A stretch of DNA of 60,366 bases, filler included. It is 3 parts of 3 records of this genome, joined end to end, with 100 filler letters (N's around TTAATTAATTAA, not from the genome) between each part and the next. Parts side by side here need not be neighbours in the genome. Positions count along the whole stretch, not along the records: positions 43,042 to 60,366 come from SRR22947725_221; 2 more parts are not named here. One strand, given 5' to 3'. This document shows, piece by piece, positions 43,042 to 52,681 of this stretch. Within the stretch, counting starts at the first letter, position 1. Each line of letters starts with the position of its first letter. The translations under genes were made by a program, and so were the position numbers. Under the pieces are notes generated by a model that saw only the letters and a program-made list of their open reading frames with translations, was not told the origin of the DNA and ran no database searches.

Positions 43042-43929
43042 GTAGCGGTCTTCAGGTTTCTTTTCAAGAAGCTTGCCAATGATGTGATTGAACATATTGG
43101 TTGTTTCAGGAACGAGCTCTTGAAGTGAGGGAGCTTTTTGGTCAACGTGCATGTGGACCATTTCAGCCAATGAGTCGGCTTCGAAAACAAAACGACCGGT
43201 AACAAGGTGGAAGAGGGTCGCTCCGAGACAGTAAAAGTCACTGCGGATGTCAACTTCAGTACCAAGGACTTGTTCAGGAGAAATGTACTGAGGTGTCCCA
43301 GCGATCGTATCTTCATCTTCTTCAGTTTCAACACCGCCGCGCAGAGAAAGTCCAAGGTCCATGACTTTGCAAGTACCGTCACTGGCAACCATAATATTTT
43401 CAGGTTTGATATCGCGGTGAACTAGGCGGCTTTTATTCCAAGCGTAGCCAAGAGCATTGGTGGTATCGATGGCGATGTCTATTGCATAAGATTCTATAAT
43501 GGAGCCTTCGCGCTTTAAAACGGAGCTTAAGTCAAGGCCTTCCACAAGCTCCATGGCAAAGAAAAGGACGCCATTTTCTATACCGACTTTATAAGCCTGG
43601 ATGATATTTAGATGGTTTAGGCTGGCGACAGAACGAGCTTCATTGATAAAGTCGACTTGGAATTTTTCGTCTTCGAGGAATTGCGGGTGTAAGATCTTGA
43701 GAGCGACTTGCCGGTCAAGTGAGAATTGGTAAGCGATGTAGACATTACCCATGCCTCCGCTGCCGAGTAAGTTCTCAATGAGGAAGTCGTCTATGGCAAC
43801 ACCAGGGCCAAATTCTACAGGGACTTCACAGGCACCTTCACAATGCCCGCACATGACGGCTTCATCACCGTATTCTGCGATTAAAATACCCCCACAATGA
43901 GCACACTGAAACTTTACACTATTATCCAC
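43042..43929 (-). CDS. Hanks-type Ser/Thr protein kinase with N-terminal Zn ribbon (3'-truncated)
   Basis: CAHC...CGHC; LGSGGMG.VY, VALK, HRDIKPEN, DLGL, GTPQYISPE. Confidence 0.93.
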
Positions 43930-44098
43930 GATTTTATCCAGATTTCTTCCAAACGGATTTTAAGCTAATATCTACAATTCTTAAAGATACGCAAAAAATG
44001 ACAGAATAGTGACTAGTCTAGGCAAAAAACATGCTATTTATCATGGATTTTGCTTAAATACTTGATAGAGAGTTGTAGAACGATATTTATTTGATGTG

Positions 44099-44992
44099 TT
44101 ACTTTTTGAGTTTCTCGTTAAAAAACTTTAAAATAACGGCATTTGCTTCAGGAGTAAGGAACTCTTTACCGCCGTGTTTTGCGCCTTTGATGATATGTAA
44201 TTGGCTCGAAGCTCCGACTTCCTTTAATTTTTTATGCAGTTTCAAGCTTTGCTCAAGGGGAACCCCTGGGTCTAAGTCTCCATGCATGATCAAAAAAGGC
44301 GGGTCATTTTTTGAAACATTCCAATAGGCAGAAGCTTCTTTGGCAAGTTCAGGAACATCTCTAACAGTTTTGCCGAGAAGTTTAGCGCCATTACTTTGTG
44401 AGACTTGCTCGAGTGTTCTTTTTTCACTGACAACGTTTGGAGGCATAGTGAGTAAATCGCTAGGGCCGTACCAGTCAAGAACTGCTTGGACTTGGCTTGA
44501 TATTTCTTCACTTTTTGGCAAATCCTGGGTACCAAGAACAGCCACTAAATGACCTCCAGCAGAACCACCCCAAGCGGCAATTTTTGTGCCGTCAAGTCCG
44601 TACTTCGCGGCATTTTTTCTGAGAAAGCGCACGGCTGCTCGGCAATCGTTAATTTGTGCTGGCCATTGGTGAGGAATAAGGCGGTAATTGATAGAGGCAA
44701 TAGCGAAGCCATGTTCTACAAGCCATAAGCCTTTATGCTTTTCTTTACTGCCATTTTTCCAGCCGCCACCATGAACCCACATGACGACTGGCGCTTTACC
44801 CTTGTACTCTTTAGGTAGGTAGAGGTCTAAGTGCAGAGCTTGACCATCGTTAACGGTGTATTCTATATCCTTCATTACTTGAATATATTCGGGAATCTTC
44901 TTCCCTTTTTTCTTTTTATTTTGCTGGGCATTTACATTGAAAGCGACAACGAAACTGATGAAAAATGAAATGATATAAACCGCTTTATTCAT
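44099..44992 (-). CDS. Secreted alpha/beta hydrolase (esterase/lipase-like)
   Basis: Signal peptide; HGGGW, GGSAGGHL, HGDLD..VP, terminal His. Confidence 0.9.
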   Translation of the reverse strand: MNKAVYIISFFISFVVAFNVNAQQNKKKKGKKIPEYIQVMKDIEYTVNDGQALHLDLYLPKEYKGKAPVVMWVHGGGWKNGSKEKHKGLWLVEHGFAIASINYRLIPHQWPAQINDCRAAVRFLRKNAAKYGLDGTKIAAWGGSAGGHLVAVLGTQDLPKSEEISSQVQAVLDWYGPSDLLTMPPNVVSEKRTLEQVSQSNGAKLLGKTVRDVPELAKEASAYWNVSKNDPPFLIMHGDLDPGVPLEQSLKLHKKLKEVGASSQLHIIKGAKHGGKEFLTPEANAVILKFFNEKLKK

Positions 44993-45029
44993 GTATAATC
45001 CTTTTTAAAATTTTTGCTTGTATATAAAC

Positions 45030-45056
45030 ATACGTGCTCAATGAGAATAAATGACA
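45030..45056 (-). promoter_or_regulatory. Putative alternative (ECF-like) sigma promoter TGTCA-N17-CGTAT
   Basis: Bipartite motif; variants recur upstream of neighbouring minus-strand genes (43987-44014, 46610-46636, 48593-48620). Confidence 0.45.
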
Positions 45057-45087
45057 TGACAAAGAATTTTACTAGTGGTTGCCTTTG

Positions 45088-46581
45088 TTACTTGCCTTCT
45101 TTCATCCACTTGAGGTATAGCTCGGAATTTCGCCGGTAATTTTCACGGGAGTTTTTATTGTGTATGGATTTCATCTGGTCTTCTGTTTCTGAAATATAGA
45201 CTTCAATGCTTTCCGGTCCGGGGTCACCTGTTTGCTTTATCCAGGTATCGAGTTGAGCCCGGTGCTTTTTGAGTATGGTCGCGTATTCGGGATCGTTGGC
45301 GAGATTCTTAATTTGCCAAGGGTCACCCCCATAGAGGTAGAGCTCCTCTTGTGGGCGAGTTGGGGCGAAGAGTATTTTTTCTGTAAGTTCGCTGACTTTG
45401 CCTTCTTTATGAAGCTGACGAAGACGTTTGATGATGAGTTTACTGTCTTTGTAGTTACTCGGCATGAGAAATGGTCTTTCAGGGTAGAAATTCTTAATGT
45501 AGAGGAACTTTTCTGTGCGCACAGAGCGAATGCGGTCAGCAGCATCACCACAACGATCACGGGCTGCAAAAACAGCTTCTTTCTGGGAGTAGTTGGGTGC
45601 TAGTATATCTTGGCCTTCCATTTTTTGAGGGATGTTGATGCCGGCAGCAGCAAGAGAGAGGGCCGCGATATCGATAGACTCGACGAGATCGTGACGCCTT
45701 TGATTTTGAGGAATGCCTGGCCCGCTGATAATCAGTGGTATATGAGTGCCTTCATCATAGAGAAACTGCTTGCCACGAGCGTGACTTATACCATGGTCTG
45801 TAAAGAATATGATGAGCGTATTTTCAAGTAGCTTTTCTTTTTTTAGCCTAGCGAGTACCCGACCGACATGATGATCGGTAATTTTTACGGAATCGAGATA
45901 AGTCGCCCAGTCTTGAAGTATGATGGGGTCTTGAGGATAGTAGAGTGGGAGCTGAATCTTCGCTGGATCGGTCTTTTGTTTAAATTCTTTGAGCATGCGC
46001 TTTTCGGTTATTTCATAGTGTTTGGCACTGGCTCCGCGAATTTTGCCCCCGTGTAACTGGACTTGCATGAAGAAAGGTTGCTCTTTGTTACGACCGGCCC
46101 AATCATGGCTATTGTAGATCGATTTATCCCAGTTGAAATTATAGTCGGATTTCCCAAGGCGGTCAGATTTCGTGGGGCTGCCGGTATGGTTAATACCGGG
46201 TAAACCACTGCCCATGCAGGTCCAATAACCGGCTTCTTGAAAAAGTTTTGGAATGGGGTGAACCCCTTGGGGAAGTTCAATGCGGTGTTCTCCACGACCA
46301 CTGCGGTGATGGTGTGCACCTATGGAGTTTTGATACATGCCAGTAATTAAAGAGGAGCGAAATGTTGAGCAAACAGGCGAAGTTGCATAAGCCCTTTTGA
46401 AAAGAAGCCCCTTTTGGGCGAGGCTATCAACATGTGGTGTTGTAATGACGTTTTCTCCGTAACAGGAGAAGTTTGCCGACATATCGTCGACAACAAACCA
46501 GAGGATGTTGGGTTTCTCTTGAGCTTGTATAAGGGTGCCAGAGAGTAAGCTGAAAAGCAAAGCGAGTGTAATAGTTTTCAT
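45088..46581 (-). CDS. Formylglycine-dependent (S1) sulfatase
   Basis: Signal peptide; KPNILW.VVDD, PVCSTFRSSLITG, TDHG, RGKQFLY, DPWQ.KNLA. Confidence 0.92.
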   Translation of the reverse strand: MKTITLALLFSLLSGTLIQAQEKPNILWFVVDDMSANFSCYGENVITTPHVDSLAQKGLLFKRAYATSPVCSTFRSSLITGMYQNSIGAHHHRSGRGEHRIELPQGVHPIPKLFQEAGYWTCMGSGLPGINHTGSPTKSDRLGKSDYNFNWDKSIYNSHDWAGRNKEQPFFMQVQLHGGKIRGASAKHYEITEKRMLKEFKQKTDPAKIQLPLYYPQDPIILQDWATYLDSVKITDHHVGRVLARLKKEKLLENTLIIFFTDHGISHARGKQFLYDEGTHIPLIISGPGIPQNQRRHDLVESIDIAALSLAAAGINIPQKMEGQDILAPNYSQKEAVFAARDRCGDAADRIRSVRTEKFLYIKNFYPERPFLMPSNYKDSKLIIKRLRQLHKEGKVSELTEKILFAPTRPQEELYLYGGDPWQIKNLANDPEYATILKKHRAQLDTWIKQTGDPGPESIEVYISETEDQMKSIHNKNSRENYRRNSELYLKWMKEGK

Positions 46582-46651
46582 AGAAGGCCTTTTTTATCTT
46601 TGTGTAGTGATAGGCAAAACCTTTTGAAATCTTACAGCTCGCTTGATAAAA

Positions 46652-48496
46652 TTATTTTCCTTCGATCAGGTATTCCACGCGGTGCTTAACGAGGCCGCCA
46701 AGTTTTGACCACTTTGCTTTCTTGACCATGGCCGGAGTTATCTTCATTCCGGTGGCGTCCTTGAGAAGAACGACGCTGTTTAAAATAAGGTTGGCCTCAA
46801 TAGGGTCAGTACAATCATCCAAGATGTCCATGACTAAAGGCAAAGGATCGGCGGCGCCCGTTAAGCCGAGGAATTCGGCGGCTCGAGTGCGAACGAGGCG
46901 ATTGGGGTCTGACTTGGCTAATTTTTTAGCCTTTTCATAAAAAGAACTCGATTTTTTACCAAAACTACTACAAACGATTAAACCCCAATAGCGCTCCATT
47001 GGGTCTTCGGCATTTAGAGCCGTACTGATCTGAGCTTTGGCTTCCGGGTAGGGGGCTAATTGTAGATCGGCGATAGCGGCTAATTTAGCAATTTGGTCTT
47101 GGTTTTTTTCGAGGAGTTCGACAACATTCCCGTTGCATGGAGTGAGTGCTGTCTCAGGTAAGAAACTGACGTCAGGCAATTCTCTGACAGTATTTTTCAT
47201 TTGGCGGCGCATATCGGCGAGTATTTGTGAATAGGCCGGGTCTTTGGCGAGATTATTGACTTCATGAGGGTCTTTTTCTATATCAAACAATTGCTCGGGG
47301 TCGCGGGCTTTAAAGAAAGCAGATTGGGTCGCGTTGAGCTTTCCTGATTGGGCCAGGTCACGCCATTCGCGAAAGGCCGCTTGCTTATAGCGATAGAAGT
47401 TGTGGAGGCCATCGAAATTAAAAGGCTGGTAGTTGCGCCAGTAAGTATATTTCCCTTTGCGAAGAAAGCGTACTTGATCATACTTTTCATCGAAGCGGTC
47501 GGCATAACCTAAGGCGCTATCGCGAGAGTTCAGCTCTTTCAAAGTGACGCCTTGACCAAGAAATGGTTTGCCATCGATTTGTTGGGGGATATCTATGCCA
47601 GCGAGATTAAGAACTGTTGCCGAAAGATCCACAAACTGTACAAAGCCATCTATGCGAGAGCCGCGTTTGGCCGGAACGAGGTGCTGCCAGTTTTTAGGAA
47701 CGTAAACGACCATGGCGACTTGTAGACCGTCGTTGTGGGCGTAGCCCTTGCCACCAGGAAGAACGCCACCGTGATCGCCATAGTGAAAAATAAAAGTATC
47801 CTCCATAAGGCCGTCATCTTCTAGTTGCTTGATGATGCGGCCCATTTCAGCGTCGACTATATGATTGCGGGTAATGTACTCCGCATATTTTTGGCGCATA
47901 AGAGGGGTGTCTGGATGATAAGGGAAGAGTTGGACATCTTCCGGTTTTACAATGAGTTCTTTACCTTTGGGGAGGTCCTTAAAGAGTTGACCTTCATGGG
48001 TGGTACCGTGATTTTGAACGTGAAAGAAAGGTTGCCCTGGTTTTCTTTTGCGAAAAGTTGCTTTTCTTGAGCTTTCATCCCAGATGCCATCGACGTGTTC
48101 TTTGACGTAATTGTAGTCTTGCTTGCTATTATTAGTTGTGTAGTAACCGGCTTCGCGCAGGTAGGCTGGAAAAAGTTTTAAGCCTTTAGGTGGCTGAACT
48201 TTGACTTGGGGACGGTGAAAGTGAGCACCGGTTCTTGGACCGTAGATTCCGGAAATAATAGTACTACGGGCAGCAGAACAGACGGGGGCATTTGAATAAG
48301 CATTATTGAAAACCAAACCATTTTTAGCCAGCTTTTCGATATTGGGCATGGGGGCACCAAATTCTGGATTGTAGAGTCGGTACCAGCAGGCAGAGTTATC
48401 TTCAGTCGTGATCCATACTATGTTGGGGCGCTTTTGTTCCGCAACGGTTGTTGAAATGATTAAAAAATAGATGAGAATTGAAGTCCATCTTGACAT
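46652..48496 (-). CDS. S1 sulfatase with C-terminal HEAT-like extension
   Basis: RPNIVWI..ED, PVCSAARSTIISG, GDHG, DPHEVNNLA; helical tail with VRTRAAEFL. Confidence 0.92.
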   Translation of the reverse strand: MSRWTSILIYFLIISTTVAEQKRPNIVWITTEDNSACWYRLYNPEFGAPMPNIEKLAKNGLVFNNAYSNAPVCSAARSTIISGIYGPRTGAHFHRPQVKVQPPKGLKLFPAYLREAGYYTTNNSKQDYNYVKEHVDGIWDESSRKATFRKRKPGQPFFHVQNHGTTHEGQLFKDLPKGKELIVKPEDVQLFPYHPDTPLMRQKYAEYITRNHIVDAEMGRIIKQLEDDGLMEDTFIFHYGDHGGVLPGGKGYAHNDGLQVAMVVYVPKNWQHLVPAKRGSRIDGFVQFVDLSATVLNLAGIDIPQQIDGKPFLGQGVTLKELNSRDSALGYADRFDEKYDQVRFLRKGKYTYWRNYQPFNFDGLHNFYRYKQAAFREWRDLAQSGKLNATQSAFFKARDPEQLFDIEKDPHEVNNLAKDPAYSQILADMRRQMKNTVRELPDVSFLPETALTPCNGNVVELLEKNQDQIAKLAAIADLQLAPYPEAKAQISTALNAEDPMERYWGLIVCSSFGKKSSSFYEKAKKLAKSDPNRLVRTRAAEFLGLTGAADPLPLVMDILDDCTDPIEANLILNSVVLLKDATGMKITPAMVKKAKWSKLGGLVKHRVEYLIEGK

Positions 48497-48702
48497 GATT
48501 GGGGTCCTGTATTTTCATTAAATATGATGATGTCTAGATTCTAAATAATATCAGTAGACTATTCATTAGTGAGTTAATTATATATTGTATTTATACGACA
48601 GTAGATGACATAAGAGGACAATTTTTTGTTGGCTCACTGAATTATTGCAGGGCTTCCCTCTAGACTTGGTGCATTTTAATGTGTATAAAAGTCGTATTAA
48701 TA

Positions 48703-49089
48703 ATGAGTTGCGAGCGCGTTTTGAAAATTTTGATTGTTGACGATCACGATGCAAATTTAAAAGTTCTTAGTGTGATTCTTAAGAAGTCTTTTAAGGATTT
48801 GCATGTGGATTGTGCCGAGAATGGCCGTCAAGCAGTCGATTTAACTCTTGAAGAAAAATACGACTTAATCCTGATGGATATTAATATGCCCGTGATGGAT
48901 GGTTGTGAAGCAACGGGGAAAATTCGTCAGCAATATCCAGAGCAAAATATAATTGCCATGACAGCAGTGAGTAAACAACGCTTAGCAGAAATAGAAGACA
49001 TGAAGTTGTTTGAACTCATTATCCCTAAGCCTTTCAACCCCGCGAACTTAATCGAAACATTAAAAAATTACTTACCCCAAGACTCTTAG
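48703..49089 (+). CDS. Single-domain response regulator (CheY-like)
   Basis: ILIVDD, ILMDINMPVMDG, AMTA, KPF; start uncertain (48679 or 48703). Confidence 0.9.
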   Translation: MSCERVLKILIVDDHDANLKVLSVILKKSFKDLHVDCAENGRQAVDLTLEEKYDLILMDINMPVMDGCEATGKIRQQYPEQNIIAMTAVSKQRLAEIEDMKLFELIIPKPFNPANLIETLKNYLPQDS

Positions 49090-49106
49090 TCAGACCTGTG
49101 GATTTT

Positions 49107-49568
49107 TTAATACTGAAATGGCCAGGGATTTTTGAGTAGTTTTGAGTTGAAGTAGCGGTAATCAAAGGTGACTTCTTCAGTGATCCAATCTGGAATCGGT
49201 GGTTGAGCATCTTCGCTTTCCATTTCGACTTCAGCCACAATAAGGCCTTTGTTTTGCCCTTCAAAGACGTCTACTTCCCAATCGTAGCCTTCATAAGGAA
49301 TGACATAGCGCGTTTTGACAATGCGTTGTATGCCGCAGAATTCATCGAGCATGGCGAGGGCATCTTCCATGGGGATTTTATACTCAAACTCAGTACGGGA
49401 TATGCCTTTGGTCTTACCTTTGACGGTGAGCCAGGCTTTTTTGTTACCGGTGCGTATTCTGACAGTTGAGCTACTTTTGGCAATGTACCCCTGTTGGATT
49501 TCCATGCCTTTGTATCCTTTCCAGGGCTCCCCTTTGACGAGGAATTTTCGCTCAATTTCTTTTGACAT
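49107..49568 (-). CDS. CYTH-domain protein
   Basis: EIERKFLV, QGY, VRIR, R.EFEY.IP, K.RY, WEVDVF, AEVE. Confidence 0.93.
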   Translation of the reverse strand: MSKEIERKFLVKGEPWKGYKGMEIQQGYIAKSSSTVRIRTGNKKAWLTVKGKTKGISRTEFEYKIPMEDALAMLDEFCGIQRIVKTRYVIPYEGYDWEVDVFEGQNKGLIVAEVEMESEDAQPPIPDWITEEVTFDYRYFNSKLLKNPWPFQY

Positions 49569-49769
49569 CTAGTAACTCCAGTAGCTTTTTTTGAATATTT
49601 AAAAATACATCTAAAAAGAGGGACATCAATTGAGCTTATTAAAATATCTTAATGATGGGGGACAATGGCAGATGATTAGGCTTTTATTTTTTGGTCTTTC
49701 CAGTTGCATTTCACGCATTTTACTAGAGTTTAGGGGCATATAAATTATTGATTAGAAAAGGTTTTGAAT

Positions 49770-50870
49770 ATGGCTGGATTATCCTGTGGAATTGTTGGTT
49801 TGCCGAATGTAGGTAAGTCGACTTTATTTAATGCAATTACTAAAGCGGGTGCTGAAGCGGCAAATTACCCTTTTTGTACTATTGACCCCAATGTTGGTGT
49901 TGTTACTGTTCCTGATGTACGAGTGGAGCGCTTGGTCGAATTGGTACAGCCTAAAAATACTCAGTACGCGACGATTGAGTTTGTTGATATCGCCGGTTTG
50001 GTTCGCGGAGCGTCTAAAGGGGAAGGCCGCGGTAATCAGTTTTTAGATAATATTCATCATGTGGATGCGATTGTGCATGTTGTCCGCTGCTTTCAAAATG
50101 ATAATGTTGTCCACGTTGACGGTAAGGTTGATCCAGTTGCAGATATCGATACCATTAATTTGGAGTTAATTCTGGCCGATTTGGATCGTTGCGATAAGAC
50201 AATTGAACGCTTGTCTAAGAAAGCGAAAGGCAATGACGCAACTGCTAAGAAGCAAATGGAAGTCATGAAGAAGATGGCGGCTCACTTAGAAGAAAATTTA
50301 AGTTTGCGTGTTCTTGATTTGACTGATGACGAAAAAGAATCGGTAGAAGAGTACAAATTTTTGACCGATAAGCCGATAATTTATGTGGCGAATGTCGGAG
50401 AAGATGATCTTCCTGCGATGGAGAATGACATGGTTCAAAAAGTCCGGGATTTCGCCGCGACAGAAAATGCCGAAGTTGTTCCTGTTTGTGCTGCTATCGA
50501 GGAAGAAATCGCTCAGTTAGATGCCGAAGAATCAAAAGAGTTTTTAGAGTCTTTAGGCCTAGATGAGTCTGGCTTAGATCGCTTAATTAAGAAGAGTTAT
50601 TCGACTCTTGGTTTAATTACTTACCTTACTGCGGGTGAAGTTGAAGTGAGAGCTTGGACCATTCGCGAAGGTTGGACGGCGCCGCAGGCAGCGAGTGTGA
50701 TTCACTCAGATTTTGAAAAATTATTCATTCGCGCAGAAGTTAAGAATTTTGCAGATTTTGATCGCCTTGGTTCAGAAAAGGCCGTTAAAGAGGCGGGTTT
50801 GATGCGCGTTGAAGGTAAAGAATATATCGTTAAAGATGGCGATATAATGTTATTCCTCAACGGAAAATAA
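49770..50870 (+). CDS. ychF: Redox-regulated ATPase YchF
   Basis: GIVGLPNVGKSTLFNA, NYPFCTIDPN, DIAGLV, EVRAWTI, EGKEYIVKDGD. Confidence 0.97.
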   Translation: MAGLSCGIVGLPNVGKSTLFNAITKAGAEAANYPFCTIDPNVGVVTVPDVRVERLVELVQPKNTQYATIEFVDIAGLVRGASKGEGRGNQFLDNIHHVDAIVHVVRCFQNDNVVHVDGKVDPVADIDTINLELILADLDRCDKTIERLSKKAKGNDATAKKQMEVMKKMAAHLEENLSLRVLDLTDDEKESVEEYKFLTDKPIIYVANVGEDDLPAMENDMVQKVRDFAATENAEVVPVCAAIEEEIAQLDAEESKEFLESLGLDESGLDRLIKKSYSTLGLITYLTAGEVEVRAWTIREGWTAPQAASVIHSDFEKLFIRAEVKNFADFDRLGSEKAVKEAGLMRVEGKEYIVKDGDIMLFLNGK

Positions 50871-50873
50871 TTC

Positions 50874-52673
50874 ATGGCTTCTCGCCAGGATAGAATGAGT
50901 AATTATCAGCAGGTTATTGAAAGCTTGCGCCAAGAAGGTGACGCCTTTAAAGCGGGTGAAGGTAAATTTACGGCTTTGCGCGTTGTAACTTTCGGGGCGG
51001 CTTGTTTAACCCTGGCTTATGCTGTTCTTGCTGGTGGGATAAGTCCTTGGTGGACGGTCATTCCCGGCGTGATGTTTGTTTTTGTGGTGATGTTACACGA
51101 AAATCAGTTGCGTACGACGGCTAGAAATCAGAAAAAGATCGATTTTTACGAGCGTGGTTGCCGGCGGATAGCGGGTGACTGGCATGAAGATGGTTTACAA
51201 GGAACAGACTTTGCCGATAAAGACCATTTATTTTCTGGCGATTTAAATCTTTTTGGCAAGGCTTCTCTTTTTCAAAAGCTTTGTCTTTGTACAACGGCCT
51301 TTGGTCGTCAACGCTTGGCAGATTGGCTTAAGAATCCTGCCGATAAAGATATTATTGCCGTTCGGCAAGAGGCCTTAAAGGAGCTTGCCGAGGACCGTTC
51401 GCTTATTGCTTCTTTCGCCGAATTAGATAGCGAAGAAACGGCTCATTTGGAGATCAGTGTTTTAAAATCCTGGTCGGCAGAAGGAACAGACCTTTATCAT
51501 CCCCTAGCTTATTTTATGTCTTTATTTATGGGCATGTTATCGGTTGTTACTTTAATCGCGTGGATTCCTTTTCAGCAGAGTGCGTGGCCGTTTTTCATCT
51601 GTTTAGCGATAGATTTATTGATTGGTAATATTTATGTCGGTCGAATTGCCAAGGTAACGGAAGGAATTTCCTCTAAAGAGAAAAATTTAAAGAAGTTATC
51701 TCAAGTATTAAAAGTTCTTGAAGCAGGCTCATATGAAAGTGCTTTGATGAAAAGAATTACATCTGAAATTCGCACTGATAATGTAAAGGCTTCGGAGCGC
51801 ATAAAGCAAATTGCTTACTTAATCGATACTTTTGAAAATACTCGTTCTAATCTGGCCATTCAGCCTTTTAATTTATTGTTGCATATAAACTTGCGTAATG
51901 CCATGAAAATTGAACGCTGGCGGCAGATGGCAGGGGCTAGTATTCCGCAATGGGTTGAGGCCGCAGCCGATTTTGAAGCTTTAGTTTCTTTAGGTGTTTT
52001 TGCACATGAGAATCCAGACTATGATTATCCCACTTTTGTAGAGAATGGACCTTTTTTAAAGGCAGCTTCTTTAGGACACCCGTTATTGAAAGCGGAGAAT
52101 TGTGTACGCAATGATGTCAATTTAGGGGAGCCGACACAGTTGTTGCTAATCAGTGGATCCAATATGGCGGGTAAATCGACTTTTTTAAGAACTGTCGGGG
52201 TGAATATTGTTCTTGCTCAGGCGGGGGCTCCAGTCAATGCTTCAGGTATGAGCTTGTCTTCTTTATCCTTAGGCTGTTCTATTCAGATCGAGGACTCGTT
52301 GTCGGAGGGAATTTCTCATTTCTATGCAGAGATCCTGCGTTTGAAAAAGCTAGTTGATTTAGCGCAAGAAAAAAATGATAATGTGCTGTTTTTCTTTGAT
52401 GAAATTTTACACGGCACTAACTCAAGTGATCGCTGCAATGGGGCATCTGCGGTAATTCGCAGTTTGGTTGAAGGAGGAGCTGCCGGTTTTGTAACGACTC
52501 ATGACTTATCATTGACGGCGATAGCCGATGATTTGGGCGACAAAGCGCGGAATGTTCATTTTGAAGATCAATTTGCCGACGGTAAGATGACTTTTGATTA
52601 TAAGATGAAAGAAGGCGTTGTGACGCACGGCAATGCTTTGCAATTGATGCGTTCGTTGGGTTTAGAAGTTTAA
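50874..52673 (+). CDS. Membrane-anchored MutS-like ATPase (no mismatch-binding domain)
   Basis: Two hydrophobic helix pairs; SGSNMAGKST, SHFYAEI, FDEILHGTN, TTHD. Confidence 0.88.
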   Translation: MASRQDRMSNYQQVIESLRQEGDAFKAGEGKFTALRVVTFGAACLTLAYAVLAGGISPWWTVIPGVMFVFVVMLHENQLRTTARNQKKIDFYERGCRRIAGDWHEDGLQGTDFADKDHLFSGDLNLFGKASLFQKLCLCTTAFGRQRLADWLKNPADKDIIAVRQEALKELAEDRSLIASFAELDSEETAHLEISVLKSWSAEGTDLYHPLAYFMSLFMGMLSVVTLIAWIPFQQSAWPFFICLAIDLLIGNIYVGRIAKVTEGISSKEKNLKKLSQVLKVLEAGSYESALMKRITSEIRTDNVKASERIKQIAYLIDTFENTRSNLAIQPFNLLLHINLRNAMKIERWRQMAGASIPQWVEAAADFEALVSLGVFAHENPDYDYPTFVENGPFLKAASLGHPLLKAENCVRNDVNLGEPTQLLLISGSNMAGKSTFLRTVGVNIVLAQAGAPVNASGMSLSSLSLGCSIQIEDSLSEGISHFYAEILRLKKLVDLAQEKNDNVLFFFDEILHGTNSSDRCNGASAVIRSLVEGGAAGFVTTHDLSLTAIADDLGDKARNVHFEDQFADGKMTFDYKMKEGVVTHGNALQLMRSLGLEV

Positions 52674-52681
52674 GGCGGTTA

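Noticed and set aside
42990-43425. ORFs running into Ns or overlapping the kinase
   Set aside because: Spacer artefacts and alternative-frame shadows of the kinase
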